Of a stretch of 64,000 bases of DNA, positions 11,614 to 25,500 are shown one piece after another. The position numbers and the translations under genes were made by a program. This DNA is from Lytechinus pictus (lineage: Eukaryota). The number at the start of each line of letters is the position of its first letter. Position 1 is the first letter of the stretch. The notes below the pieces were generated by a model, which saw only the letters and a program-made list of their open reading frames with translations, was not told the DNA's origin and did not search any database. The DNA is taken from NCBI RefSeq assembly GCF_037042905.1, contig NC_087251.1, positions 6,140,001-6,204,000 of the forward strand. The letters are read 5' to 3'.

Positions 11614-14171
11614 GGTACCAAACACTTATTGATTATACATCCCTTAATAATTGAGGGCATTGCTGAAAGATTGATCTCACCCAATCCTGTGAGATTTTTT
11701 TATATGTTTAAATTTTGTTGGCTTTTTGTGCAATTATTTATTTTGAAAATGTATTGCCTTACCGGTATTTTAAATACATTTTATATCATCTTTTATAACA
11801 TTATGTAAACATATAAGTGCAGTATGTAAAACATTTTTTAAAGCTATTTATATGCACAGATGAGGCTTTAACATGTTAAGGTCATTATATAGATATATAG
11901 CCTCTATGCTTCTTTTAGCAGATTGACTCTCAGTGGAATGGCCATGTTATTCAGCTTTAATGCAAGTAGAGAAGAAAAATCATATCTTCTACAAATGGTT
12001 TATAAATGCAAGAATAAGAAAAATATATTGTGGAGAAGTAAATTTGATTGCTTGAAAGCTTAAAACTGTAGGGTAACTTTACCTTTCTTATTGTACAATT
12101 TCATTAGGATGGTGTACAACTCAGCCTGTGAGCCTTTTATCAATATCACTCAATATGTCAGTACTCAATGAATATGATATGCATGGAAATGCCTCTTGCA
12201 ATTTGAATTAAATGAATTATATTATTGAAAGGAAATGTATGGGTCACTTCTTCTTTGTTTTAATGCTCCTGAGTTGTCAACTGGTTAAATGCAGATTCAT
12301 CCAAACAGGCAAAAGGTTCAAGTAGAGCTTAATATGCAAGTCAAAGAATGTACCTTCAGGAAGTATGCCCGGTTTACACTTGGACACATTGTGGTGCCTG
12401 CATTGATGCGTGACAGTGTGGGACATTTTATGACATGACTTGCCTGTATTATGCACGCTTTGTCCTGACACATTCATGACATTTACATGTTTCTGCATTG
12501 CTTGCGCATAATTCACGCACTGTCCCGACATGCTTTCAGTAAACATTCTTGACACCCTATTCTGTGACGTATCTAGCACAAATTTAAATATTCCAACGTT
12601 CTGATGTTGACGTCCTCTACGTTTGTTGATCAGGACCTCTTACACTGATCACGTGTTCTGCGTGCACAATTTGCGTGCATTATTCACAAACTATGCATGA
12701 AGTATGCTTAGCCTATGCGCAAAGTATGAGCAATCCTGTCGTGAACTAGTCGTGAGCTGCGTGCCACTTCCCCGAGGGGGTGTGCCTACTATTTTTTGTG
12801 CTACGAATTTCTATTTCGATGCCACGCAGTAGCATGCACTGGCACGGCTATATGGTGCTTTATGAATGGTTCGCAAATTTGTAATGTATGCTCAAATTTT
12901 CTGACACACATAGTCCCCGCAGTGTCACCCAGGCTTAAGATCTTTTGCTAATTACTGTTTTTATGGTTGATCTACCGGTATATGGATTCTTGTATATTAA
13001 CAGATGCTCCAGACAGACTGTGGGTAGTAGAATGATGAAAAGTTTATGAGAAATGGAAATGGTAGAGATTGAGTGAAAATGCAAAGGCAAGAAGCGAAGG
13101 ATGAGAGGGTATTCTACTACGTATATTTTCTTGAGTTAAAGGTCCTTAAAAGGACTGTTATAACCAGACAAGATATGATGGCATGTAGCATGAGAAGATT
13201 ATTAATGAGATGAAGAGTCTTGTGGCAGCATTTGAGGAAGGTGAGAGAGTTTCCGGGTTTTGAAGATTTTACTTTATTTGAAGGTTTGCATGGTGATACA
13301 GATAATTCAAAAGGGTTTAAAGGTAGGCCTACACTGTGAAGATAGTGAATGAAAAAAGTACCACTTTGACTCTAAAATATAATCTGTTAAAGATAATAGT
13401 ATCCATGAATATTCAATGTTTTCATCTCTTAGAAAGATTAGAGTTTCAACATTATGCTATTATAGGAATTTTAAGTGATTATACTAATTTGATGATATCC
13501 CTTCTCCCTCTTTCTATCTGTTCTTTGACTTCTCTCTACTTTCTCAATCTCATAAGGTGTTTAAATCTCTGTCCTAATAAAAACGAGCAACCCTATCTCT
13601 GTTTTCACTCCTTGCCATTTATCCTTGCTATTCCCTTTCTATTGACTCTGACAACTGTCCCCTCCCACTCTTCTCTCTCTGACCCATCCATGCTCTCTCT
13701 CACTTTTCAATACTTTACCTCTCCACCCACATTTCCCCATCACCCTTTTGAATGTTGTCCTCCCCCCAACTACCCCCTTTCTCTATATACCTCCCAATTT
13801 TTGGAACCCTTCTCTCCCTCTATATATACATATATCTCTTGACCTTCTTAAGGCTTTAAAAGCTCTAACCTTTCATTGCTTTTTAACATCCCCCCCTTGA
13901 CTTATCCAAGGACATGCTCGTTCTTACCCCCTTTCTTTTGGCATACTAACCACGACCCCCCCCCCTCTCTCTCTCAAACTTACAATGCCTTTTATTTCCA
14001 AAAGAATTTACAACTTATTCAATAGATTCACAATGACAATTGTTTTTAAATCAACTGAAATAAAAGGTAGTAATTTATTATACATATCAATATACACTGT
14101 AAAGCACAATATTCTGAGTAGGAGCGTTGCTAGAAAATGTGACTTGTGAGGAGCAGGTCAGGCAATCCAAG

Positions 14172-14385
14172 GGGGTGTTGCAAGAAAATATTTGCAATCA
14201 ATCGCAAATATTCCATTGCAATGTTACGATTGATTGATCACTTTTAACTATAGCAAATCAGATTACACTCCTTGTTTCATGAAGCAGATTAGCGGTCAAT
14301 CACAAATTTGCAATTAATTGCACGGCATATGCTTGATTTAGGGAAAATTGACTTGCAATTGATCGCAAGTTTCTTGCAACTCCCC
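14172..14385. mobile_element. MITE (Harbinger-like termini)
   Basis: TIR GGGGTGTTGCAAGAAA / TTTCTTGCAACTCCCC. Confidence 0.6.
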
Positions 14386-15584
14386 ATAAGAGTTGACCTT
14401 TTTTTAAACAGATTCATTGATTATTATCTAATTTTGAGAAGATCTAGCAATGCCCCTGAACCTAGCTGAATTCTAATTATCACTAAACTTAATTGCTATT
14501 ATAATTAACCCATTGGTTTGGAAAAGATAAGTGATAGCAGCTTCTGCTTAATACCTAGTTCTCACTGTCAAGATTTGCGCCACAATGTGATTGTATCAGA
14601 TAACATCAGTCGTGGCGATCTGAATGATCCAATAATATTCATGATCAGTTACAAAAGGCCAATTGTGGCATTCGTAACGGATCAAAGGACAGTGGAAATG
14701 AGGCATTAGCAAAAGATGTTGCATAACTATCATGTTAAACAATTGGCAATGTATGCAGGTATATATACTCTACCAATAGTAATAATACTAGATACAAGGA
14801 ATATAGCACAAATTAATTTTCAATGAAGTAAATTTATCTACCATTAATTTACAATGCCAGTATACAACAGTATCCACTCCTCGTCAAAGTAAGGATTGAA
14901 CAAAATTTTACATGTAAGACTAAATTTGATCAATAAGTTTCAGAAAATCAGCACTCAAGACACTTGCCAGACAGAATGGAAAAACAGTACTCTCTTTGCA
15001 CAATGTTTGGGCTTTACACACTGTCCCCTTGCATTTGGACATTTCAAAATTAAGTTTTCCTCTTCAAAAAAAGGAAAAATATACAAATGCTGTGATTGAA
15101 ACTTTTGGTGAGTCCTTAAAAAAATATATTAGGTAAGCTTCATAAACAAGAAATTGAATCAAGGGATATATGAACAAAACTACTAATGCTATTGATGTAA
15201 TGAGGATTTTTTTTTACAGTAAACAAAAAAAAAGTTGTAATTTTGAGAAATTCCAAGAAACAAGGAAATCCCCCTAAAATATTGCAAATATTTATGTCAA
15301 AAATTTCAAGATGGACTATCAATCCCCCCCCTTAAAAAAAAAAGGTGGGAAAATTCCAGATTCTAAAACAAATTCATTTATGGGAAGAAAGGGATCTGAA
15401 ATAAAACAAATTTCAAAATATACATAATTTTTTTCCCCTTCAAATTAAATGAACTAAATATGTAGAAATTAGGAAACAAAAGTAAATTTTAAACTGAAAA
15501 CACTTAGTAGGATGTAACTTCTCATATAGGATTATATTGGTAGTTATAAGAAAAGTAATTCAAGCTTTAGTAAAGGGTCAATAA

Positions 15585-16167
15585 TGATATAATATTGACT
15601 GGCCTTGAGGGGAACATCAAATATATTGTCCGCAACAGAATCATATTGGCTTGAGTCATTAGACGAGGGCAATATGGTTCTTTTAAGGGCAAAATATTTG
15701 ATGTTCCCGAAAGAAGAGCCAGTCAATATTTATATTATCATCTAAATCAGACATCTAGAGCAAAAATTATGAAAATTGATATATTTCTTTTAAGAATATG
15801 GTTCTACTTTGTCATGTTAAATACCAGGGGCCAGGCTCTGCACTTTACCATTATGACGAACTTGTAATTATAAGATAGCGTCACTAAGGACGCATATCCA
15901 GCGCCCGGATTCAGTGTTTTTCTTGTGATGCATATTTTTGCTGCGCAGATTATTATGAAGCATATCTCTTTCTACGCATCCTTAAATGCCCGGATGCGAG
16001 ACCAGGGAAAATACAAAAGTATATTTTGCGTCGTCTCTGCATGCAAAGTCAATACGCGCATAAAGACCGAGCAAACTACAAACAATATACCTATCCCTTC
16101 CAGATATTCAGAAAATCTAGGGCAATATGGTTTTGTAAATTACCAGCTCAGATGTCTGATACGGGTG
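15585..16167. mobile_element. Second hairpin-ended non-autonomous element
   Basis: Palindrome at 15584-15741, inverted pair ATCAGACATCT / AGATGTCTGAT, and ATAA on both flanks. It interrupts the first unit of a ~117-bp tandem duplication whose second unit (16190-16310) is empty. Confidence 0.7.
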
Positions 16168-18794
16168 ATAACGTGAATTATAATTGAGTCAATTTTAAAG
16201 TGAAAAGACTACGTAGGATTTAACTTCTCATATGGGACTACATTGGTAATTATAAGAAAAGTAATTTAAGCTTTGGTAAAGGGTCAGAAATGTGAATTAT
16301 AATTGAGTATTGTCTAACAAGCCAATCTTGCAGAAGTATAGAGCAGTTACAGTTTCATCCAACAGCCAATTTCTCTGTGATAATATCAAATATTTAAATC
16401 TGAGATATCTTCTGCCCTTTCTCAATAATAATAAAAACGATAATTCTATTTTTCTCCTAAAATGCCCTAAACACTTATCTTATGGAGAGTATATTCTGAT
16501 ATTCTCCTCCCTTCCCATGCTAAGAAATAAAAAGTTATTCATCAAACAGAAAGAAAACACGCAAACATTTTATTTGATCGCCTCGGGCACCAGAATGAAA
16601 TAGATTTTCATGTAAAAATGCAAAATTCATCTTGTAAAATGCAGTTTTATTTCTTATCTCCTGGGCAAACACATTCATACAGTCTAGTAATGAATTGAAA
16701 TGGAGATAGACATATTTTTGGGATTTATAATGCTAACCACAGGCTTCATTTAGTAAACCCTATATTAGTGACCACCAGTGTATAGTGAAAGCCAGTCTCT
16801 TTAGTCCATAACAGCCATTTGTTTTTAATGACTCTTTTTCTGTTTCTCTTGTATGGCATTAATAGACCGATTCAAATGTCCAAAATATGTGGCTTTTTGC
16901 TTTCAAATACACTCTTAAATACTGCCACGATATATGCCCAACTTATCTTCACACTGATCATAAAATATTCAACAGTGCAATATAAATAAAATAATATTAA
17001 TCCATACATGACTAGTGCAAAATGTCAATTTCTTACCACTCAAGCAGTATACACACAATACACACCCACAAGTTGTCAGAGTATACAAGAAGTACATTAC
17101 ATATAACAAGAACAAGTGAAAGATTATTATAGGAAGAGTTATCTGATATTTTTACAGTGCCTTTCTCAACCCATTTAATTTTGCCTTGTGATTTACTGGA
17201 AAATTTCTTGAAGTACAAGTTTGGATATATTTAGGAAAATCACAGGAATAACCAATTCATACATTTTTTTTTCACACCTGCATCCTATTTAAAAAAAAAC
17301 TGAATATTTCATTAAACATTAAATTTCTAATCAAATCTTGATTTGACTTGATTCTAAAATATGCAAAGGCTTTCTTTCCCACTCCACTCTCATAAAATCT
17401 CTCTCTCTCTCTTACCTGCTGCTTTCTATATCTTCCTATTGTCAGGAATGTTTGTAAGTTTTAAAATAATCAGATTATGGCTGCATTTAAATCCCAGAAA
17501 CACCAGCATGATTGTTTTCTTCAAAAAAGGTCATTTTGGGAGCAAATAGTAAGTTTCTTGGTCGTTTATTCATGAAAACTTGATGGAATTGGTGGTTTGA
17601 GGAAAAAAGAGAGGTCTTTGGTGCTTGCACCAAAATCAAATCCTGCAGAGCACACTAGCCTATCAGAGTTTGGTCATATTTCCCTCTCGGCCAAACATGC
17701 ATTAAAATAGAAGCCTATGCCATTACCATGAGATGTACTTCATGGAATATAAATTATTCAAAAGTAAATTTATGAGAAAATGAGACATAAATGGCTGTAT
17801 GTTGCAGAGATGCATTTACATGTAGCTACAGTGCACTACACACTTGCCTAATAGGTGTTTGTAGAATGAACACACATTTTTGCCCATTCAACTAAAGAGT
17901 CACAAAAGCTAGACTATTTTGACGACCATCTAAATAACGTTTTGAAAGTGTACGCGAATAGAAAATTACAAAGGCCCACTGCATGGCAGTGTGAAGTCAT
18001 TGTGAATAGGAATGAGGTATTCATTGATTTAAACTTTTCTTGAAAACAATTGTATATAAACTTGAATCTAAAAATGTTTTTAATGTTATTAACCCCACCC
18101 CACCCCCCCCCCTTAAAAAAAAGACAACCCAGTATTACACACTAGCTCGAGTTATATGAAATGAAGAAATGCGAATCGCTTGCTTTCCTGGATTTTACAA
18201 ATTCACACTGAAAGATTATTAAGCTGTATAAATGGCACATCGAAAAGGTAGTTCCCTCCTTCAATTTCATTTCTGTCTACCCCCAATAATCTCCCCTTCT
18301 CCCTCCCCCACCCTTTCTCTCTCTCTCTCTCCTTTCTTCATATCAAATATTTACCCTCCACTGCTTTCTAACTACTGGCTGTATGAATGGAGTTGGCATT
18401 TCCCTTGAATGCATCCCGATATCAAGTGCAATGTTATCTAACTTGAAGGGAAAAAGAGAAGAAAATGGAGGACATCAAATAGAAAGTCAAGAAAGATGGT
18501 CATTCTTAAGATAAATCATTTTAGATGAAACCTGCATTATTGATTTTATTTTTGAAGTTGAATCCTGAATAAAAACCATCATAATGACCGGTTGCATATC
18601 ACAAGCCATCCTTATCCCAATTGTGGAGGATGGATAAAATTCATGAATCTATTATTCAACCTTACAAATCAAATGATAGCCGATGGTTTCTCAATGAACT
18701 ACTCCCTTCAAAGACAAATCCTTAAAAATCATGAAATAATGATACTAGGTATTTTGAAGACAATATTTGAGGACTTAATATCGAAAGCAAGCCT

Positions 18795-19519
18795 TCACAG
18801 GTCATCATAAATATAGTCCAACTGTTCTTGATCATTCTGACCCTCGTCTACTTGACCTGCCGTACTATCAGTTGCTGCTGGTTTCTCTACAGCATCATCA
18901 TCATCACCCCATCCTACATTACCCCATTCTTCATCAGCCAGCCCTTGCAATCCTTCCTCCTTTCCCTCTTTACTTTCTTTATCCTGACCATTTTCTTTCA
19001 TGACGTCCCCAACATCCTCCACCTTCATCTCTTCTTCATACTTACCTTCCATCTTACCATCGTTACCTTCACCATCTTCCTTTTCTTCTTCTTTTTCAGG
19101 GTGATCAAGGACGGTTTCGGCAGTTGTCTCTTTCACAGGTTTATCTTCTGTGTCTTTGGAAGAGTGAAGATTTTCTTCATTAATGTCTTTAGGTTTGGAG
19201 ACCTTAGCTTCTTTTTCATCTTCATGCTTTGTCCTCTTCCTGTCTCTTCGTTTCTCATCACTTCCATGCTTCTCACTATCTCCCCTATGTGATTTATCCC
19301 TATCATCCATCTTACCCTTTACCTCATCACGGTTACTATGACGACGTCTTCTCTCTTCCCCACTCCGTCTTCTCTCCTCGCCACTCTTCCTTCTGTCCTC
19401 TCCGCTCCTTCTCCGGTCCGTAGATTCTCCATCTTCTTCTTTTTTCTCTTCTTTCTTGGGTTTCCCTTCTAACTCAGCAATCTCTATTGCAAGCTCATCT
19501 TTACGCTTCTCAACAGCAG
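18795..19519 (-). CDS. PNN: Pinin exon 9 (terminal, charged low-complexity)
   Basis: Acceptor ttctcgtag; phase 1 matches exon 8; open to the TGA at 18795, ending QLDYIYDDL. Confidence 0.9.
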
Positions 19520-22500
19520 CTACGAGAAAAAGAAGATACTAATTAGTACATGGGATATAAAGATTCAAAATAACAGATATTGCCATGTCTATCTGTTTAA
19601 TAAACATTTCAACTCCCCTCCGAAGCTATACTTTCCACAAGGGAGAGCATTTTGTTAGTGCTTCAGGCAAAATATAATCCCTTGGGAAAAAGTAAAACTC
19701 CATCGGAGAAATGAAATGCTATATTCAATTTCTGGGTAACAATATCAGTATATTAACTTATCAGCTACATCAAACAAGTTAGTACAAATCTTCATGCAGC
19801 TAAAATGTTGTCACAGAAATATTCTGTTGGTGAGAAAATATACTCAAACACAAATTCAAAACACTCTTTTTCAATTTAAAAAATGGCATACAAGACAGTA
19901 AGTAAAAGGATGTACAAGATGTACCACATCATTGACTAACCACTTAATATCTGCTTAGATTCTTTGAAAAGTTTCTCTGTACCCAGAGTCCATTTGGCAG
20001 GTTTGTAGAAGATGTAGGGTTTTGCCCTTGTGCGGATGAAGTTACTCAAAAGGCCAGAGTGAACATCCCAATCCTTGTGCTGTGGACAAAATATTTCTCA
20101 AATGATATAATAATTCTGCTAACGTCTTTCATAAATGTTTTTTCTTGAAATCAAATTGAGGATAACTATAGAACTTCTACAGTTTTGCACCAATTCAATA
20201 TAAAACATACACCTGGCTTATGATACCCTACCATCATGATCTAAATATATTAACCAACGATTGATTTCTGAGAGGATTAGTAAGAATTCTAAAGGGTTGC
20301 CATTACTTTTCTATAACTTTCAGACATTTCGCCTTATTTGATACTTTCTTTCCCTATTTTGTTTAACTTTCATTTCAGTTGATACCAAGACAATTATACT
20401 TGGAAAAATTAACAAATCTTAGGAGAAGTCAAAATCAAACCATCATTTATTAGATAAGCAGTGGAAAAGTCCCTTTGAAACTATCATCACTCTAGATAAT
20501 ATATATAAATGCTTTTGGGAGGAAATCAAATATATGGTAATTGATAGTCTCAATGAAGGTCATGAAAAGAAACAGTTGTCTTGTTCACAAAGACAGGGCA
20601 TACTTACCTTATTGTATAAAAAGGGTGATAAAAAACTCTTAGATAATTGGCGCCCTATTTTCGTTGCTAAACATTGATTATAAACTTGCTGCCCGTATCC
20701 TTTCTTTACGATTACAGAAAGTGATAGATAAACTGATATCACAAGATCAAGCTGGATTTTTAAAAAACCGATCTGCTTCTGAATGTATTAGATTGATTCA
20801 AGATACTATTGACTATTGTGTGTTTACAAAGAAACCAGGTGTTGTGATGTTTTTAGATTTCAAAAAAGGTTTCGATACCATGAATCATGATTTCCTATTC
20901 TTTTTGTTAAAAGAACTCAATTTTAAAGATTCGTTTTTAAGATGGATAGAAACGTTATATAATGGTGCATGTGGACGTGTTTTAAATTTTGGTTGGATAT
21001 CAGATAAATTTGCAATAGAGAGAGGCGTAAGGCAAGGTTGCCCACTTTCGGCATATTTATTTATTATTGTTGCAGAGGTTTTAGCTAAGAAAATTAGACA
21101 AAATAATCAAATACAAGGGATCCAAATTCCACATAGATTGAACGATAGAGATATACGTATCGTACAATATGCAGACAATACAACAATTTTTACTGATTCT
21201 ATACAATGCATCAAAAAGATAATGAAAGAAGTCGAGACCTTTGGAAAATATGCTGGGCCAAACATCAATTGGACTAAATCAAATCTTATGAAAATGAATA
21301 TAAACAACAATGAAACTAACAATCTTCTTTTTACTGAAGATCCTATAAAATGTCTTGGTGTTTTTGTTGGAAAAAAATATTCTGTTGTTCAATCTCTCAA
21401 TTGGGAAAATAAAGTTCAAAAAATAAAAAATACACTTGACTCATGGAAAATGAGAAAATTATCATTACATGGAAAAGTGGTGGTAATAAAATTTTTAGTA
21501 ATGTTACAGATAGTACATACTGCTACGGCAGTACCAATCCCTTCTAAAATAATCAAAGATATTAATAAACTAGTTTACAATTTTTTGTGGAATTCCAAAA
21601 AAGAAATGGTGAAACGTAATATTTGTCATAATCCTGAAAAAGAAGGGGGATTAGGAATGGTTGACTTAAATACAAAATGTCGATCAATAAATATTTTACA
21701 GGTGAAGACAATGCTTGGAAAACCCTGTTTGAATATTGGACTCATAAAATCAGCGAGGATTTGCCTCTTTGTTTGACTTTTAATTGCAAAAAGAGTGATA
21801 TGTATCGTATTTGTATGAAAAAACATTTGCCCATATTTTATGTTGACATGTTCTGTTCATGGGCTGATTTAAAGTATATTGATATGTTTAAAGTAACGAA
21901 TATTGAAAACGAAATTATTAGGTACAATAGTAACATAAAGTATAAAAAAGATGTATTATATTTTCCTAACTGGATAAAGAACAATATTTTTAAAGTTAAA
22001 CAAATCGTAACAGGTGGTGAATGGAAGAAGATTGATTCAATATGCACTATTTTCAAAGAAAGAGAATTACTTTCTACCTTTGAATTGTTGAAAATAAAAA
22101 ATGCGTTCCCGAAGTTCTGGCTTGACAAGTTACGTAATAGTGCACGAAATGTAAATAGCATGTCATCGAAATCCAGCACTATTGAAATATCAACAGGTGA
22201 CTGTATAGAAATCAATGGCATGAAAGCCAGACATTTTTATCATTTGATGATTGAAAAGGAGAAAAGAGACCTCCCTTGTATTTATTTTTGGAACGATTTC
22301 TTGGGCTTGCCTCTTGAGTTTAATTGGAAACGATTATTAGAGTTTAAACTGGATTTTATAAACGACAACAGGATTAAACAATTTAATTTTAAATTAATTC
22401 ATAGAATACTACCAAGTAAAGACAACCTTTGCAAATGGAAAATTAAAAATGATATTTTATGTAATATTTGTAAAGTTCCAGAAACCAGTATTCATATTCT

Positions 22501-25500
22501 TTTTACTTGTCAAGTGGTAACAGTTTTTTGGAAAATTGTTTCTAAATTAATAAATGCTTTGATCGATGTAAAGATTGTTTTGAACGAAAAAATTATCGTG
22601 ATAGGTCATGAAATAGAAGAAACAGAAATGAATGTGGTTAACCTTATTATAAATTTTTCACAATTTGTAATCTATAGGAATTATATTAGAAAATGTTTTG
22701 GAAACGACAAGCATATGACTCATGCTTTTTATTTCATGAAAGATCTAAAGGTAGAACTTCGAAGTTATTTAAAAAGAAAATGTAATCAGAAGAGACTTGA
22801 TTTAAAACAGGTCTCAAAGGTTCTTTTAATCCTTTAGTTCCTGTTTCATTATTTCATCTATGTATATTTTTGTATGTGACTTTTGTTAAAACGATTGTAA
22901 ATATCCTATTAACAAATAAAGCCCCTCTTATGAGGATTAAAGAGAAAAAAATCATCACTCTAGACAACTGAGTGTCAACAAGAAAAGAGACTTTACCACG
23001 GTAACATTAATACCTACCTCTTGAGTGAGTTCAACCAACTGTTCTAAACGATTGAGCTCTGCCTGTTTATCTTTCCGCTCTTTCATTAATAGTTTCCTCT
23101 CTTCTGCCACAGCTTTCTTCTCTTCTACAGCTTTCTCTTCTAGCTTCTTCTCAATCTCCTTTCTTCTTTTATCCTGCAAATTCAGTGATTATAAAAAGAG
23201 GGTTGTATTTATCAATGAAAATAAAAGTTAGCTAATAAGTATAACCTAGGATCATTTCACAGACATGTAATTCCCCAAACTTATGCCAAGTGCCAACTGG
23301 TTTATTATCATTCAACAAGAAATCTAAATGGACTACACAACCTCCTGCATTTCCTAAGCATGAACTACTAGTAAAACTAATGCAGTGATGTGATAAATAT
23401 GACATGAACTAAGTCAAAGCAATGTTGTATCGTGTAAATCATACCACCCCTTCCAATAATACCATCATTGGCTGTTTGTTGAATAGTCTTTTTTTTTAAT
23501 CTTTGCATATTCCTCCTATACTCCTCTCCCCCTGGGATACCACTTAGTTAAAGTGTAACTTAAAATCCAACATAACCTTTTGTGCAACAATCCCCAAATG
23601 AAAGTACTTACTCCATGGGGAATAATTTGTTCATATACAAACCTTGTCTGTCTTCGAATCACTTTCATCTCTGAACTTCTGCAGGGTGCCTAATAGGTGA
23701 CCAAACATTCGCTTATTCCTAAAAACAGGAAAAAATGACAGTAAGGCTTATAGTGTATTAAGCGCAATAGAAAAGATAAAGAGGATATGTTTCCGAGTTC
23801 ACTTTGTTAAACCAAGATTATTTTGAAGAAGTGCATGTTAAGCTAATAGCAATTTTTGGCAAGGCAAAAAAAAAGCTGAAAATGAACTGTAAATCACCAA
23901 ACATTGCAACCATGACTTCTAATTAATTTTTTTTTTCTGAAATGGATGCAATATTTATTTTTTACTTTTGACCTATGCTAGAGCAGATGAACCTGTATAT
24001 TTGCCATATACAACTCTGTAGTATTTTGTTTATCTCTTCAAGAAAAGTGGACTCTAACTTATTTCAGATATAGATAATCACAAACAAATCTTATCCCTCA
24101 CACAAATTAAGCCCCTCACCTATCAACACTCTTCTTGTCTTTCTGTACTTCTTTGATGGTCTGTTGGCGAGTTTTTTGTGTCACTGTTGTTAGGGTAGTT
24201 ACCACGGAAGATTGAACAAGAGGCTGTCAATGAGGAAAGAGAGGGAAAAAAGGTGTTGCCTGTAGTTAACAAATCATTGTAAAATGTTGGTCAATGGAAA
24301 TGTTAATTGTAGAATCATGGGCTATTCACCTTTCTTGACGAATAAGGCACACACAACTATTTCTAAAAACAGCTATTTACATTTATAATATAAAAAAATA
24401 TACAAAAAGAGGTAAAACTGAAAGATTTACATCCCATCACTAGTACATAACAGAAATTGGTTCCACAAATCAATTACTCTTCTAATCCAGAGGAGCTGAG
24501 TGCTAACAAAAATTCTTAGACGATAGAGAGTTACAATCTCTGACGCCTTATCTCAGTTGAATCCTTAACCCTATCTAGGCCGGGCGATTCGGGAGATCTT
24601 GGCCGTTGATCGCGCCGAAAATTGGCACGCATGTTGTCTGGTACATAATCTACAAAATTGTATAGTAATTTATTTCATGCAAATTGCTATTTAGTGATTA
24701 TGCTAATTTATGCATAATTAGTATGCAAAATCATACTTTTTCCTCTAACTCCCTAAATAAGCTCCAAATGTTCTAATTTTTGGTATAGAAACTCTTTGTG
24801 GTATTCTTAGCAAATGTACATGAAAGAAATTGTAATATCAGATCAATTTCTTATATATTATATTGTTTTCGCAATTTCCTGTTTATTTCTTTGGTTTTTT
24901 TTTACTTTTAGTTTATCATTGTTTTTTCGATGGACTTAATTGGGAACTCTTTTTGAAATCATAATTGAAATCATAAACAGCATAAAACAAATCCATTTAT
25001 ACCAGCAACACTAAAAATAATCATACATGTATTATGATTTTGGGTTGAAAACACATGTATTGACTCTGTACAAAAAATCATGTTTTGGGGCTATTTTGGG
25101 GCTGACATGCACTTACAAAATGTTGCGTAATTTTGGAACCGTGGACCCGGGCGTCGTACATTTTGTGCGCCCCCCCCCCCCCCCCTCTCGGTCTAGGTAG
25201 GGTTAAAAAGAAAAAGTCCTGTTCATGTAATAAATTAGCACTTTACATGGTTGAATTGGTGCTGTATACGTGTAAATTGCATGAGTATTATCAACCTAAT
25301 CCTTACCTTATAATCCATGTCCTCATCCTCATCATCACTGGGGGCTCGGTTCCTTGGTCCAACTCTTCCTCCTAGCCTAAAAAAAAATCACAAAAACATA
25401 CAAACACTTATAATGCTACTTTGTACCCATGTAAGCAATTTACCCAACCAGAATTCACAGGCTTATAACAAATGAATCAAATGATTTATGATCTTATACA

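Noticed and set aside
13336..13842. 168-aa ORF
   Set aside because: GTG start, pyrimidine-rich low complexity and no recognisable domain; likely an old retroelement tail.
18828..19423. Plus-strand hydrophobic ORFs (also 23025-23231 and 26312-26554)
   Set aside because: Antisense shadows of the charged pinin exons.
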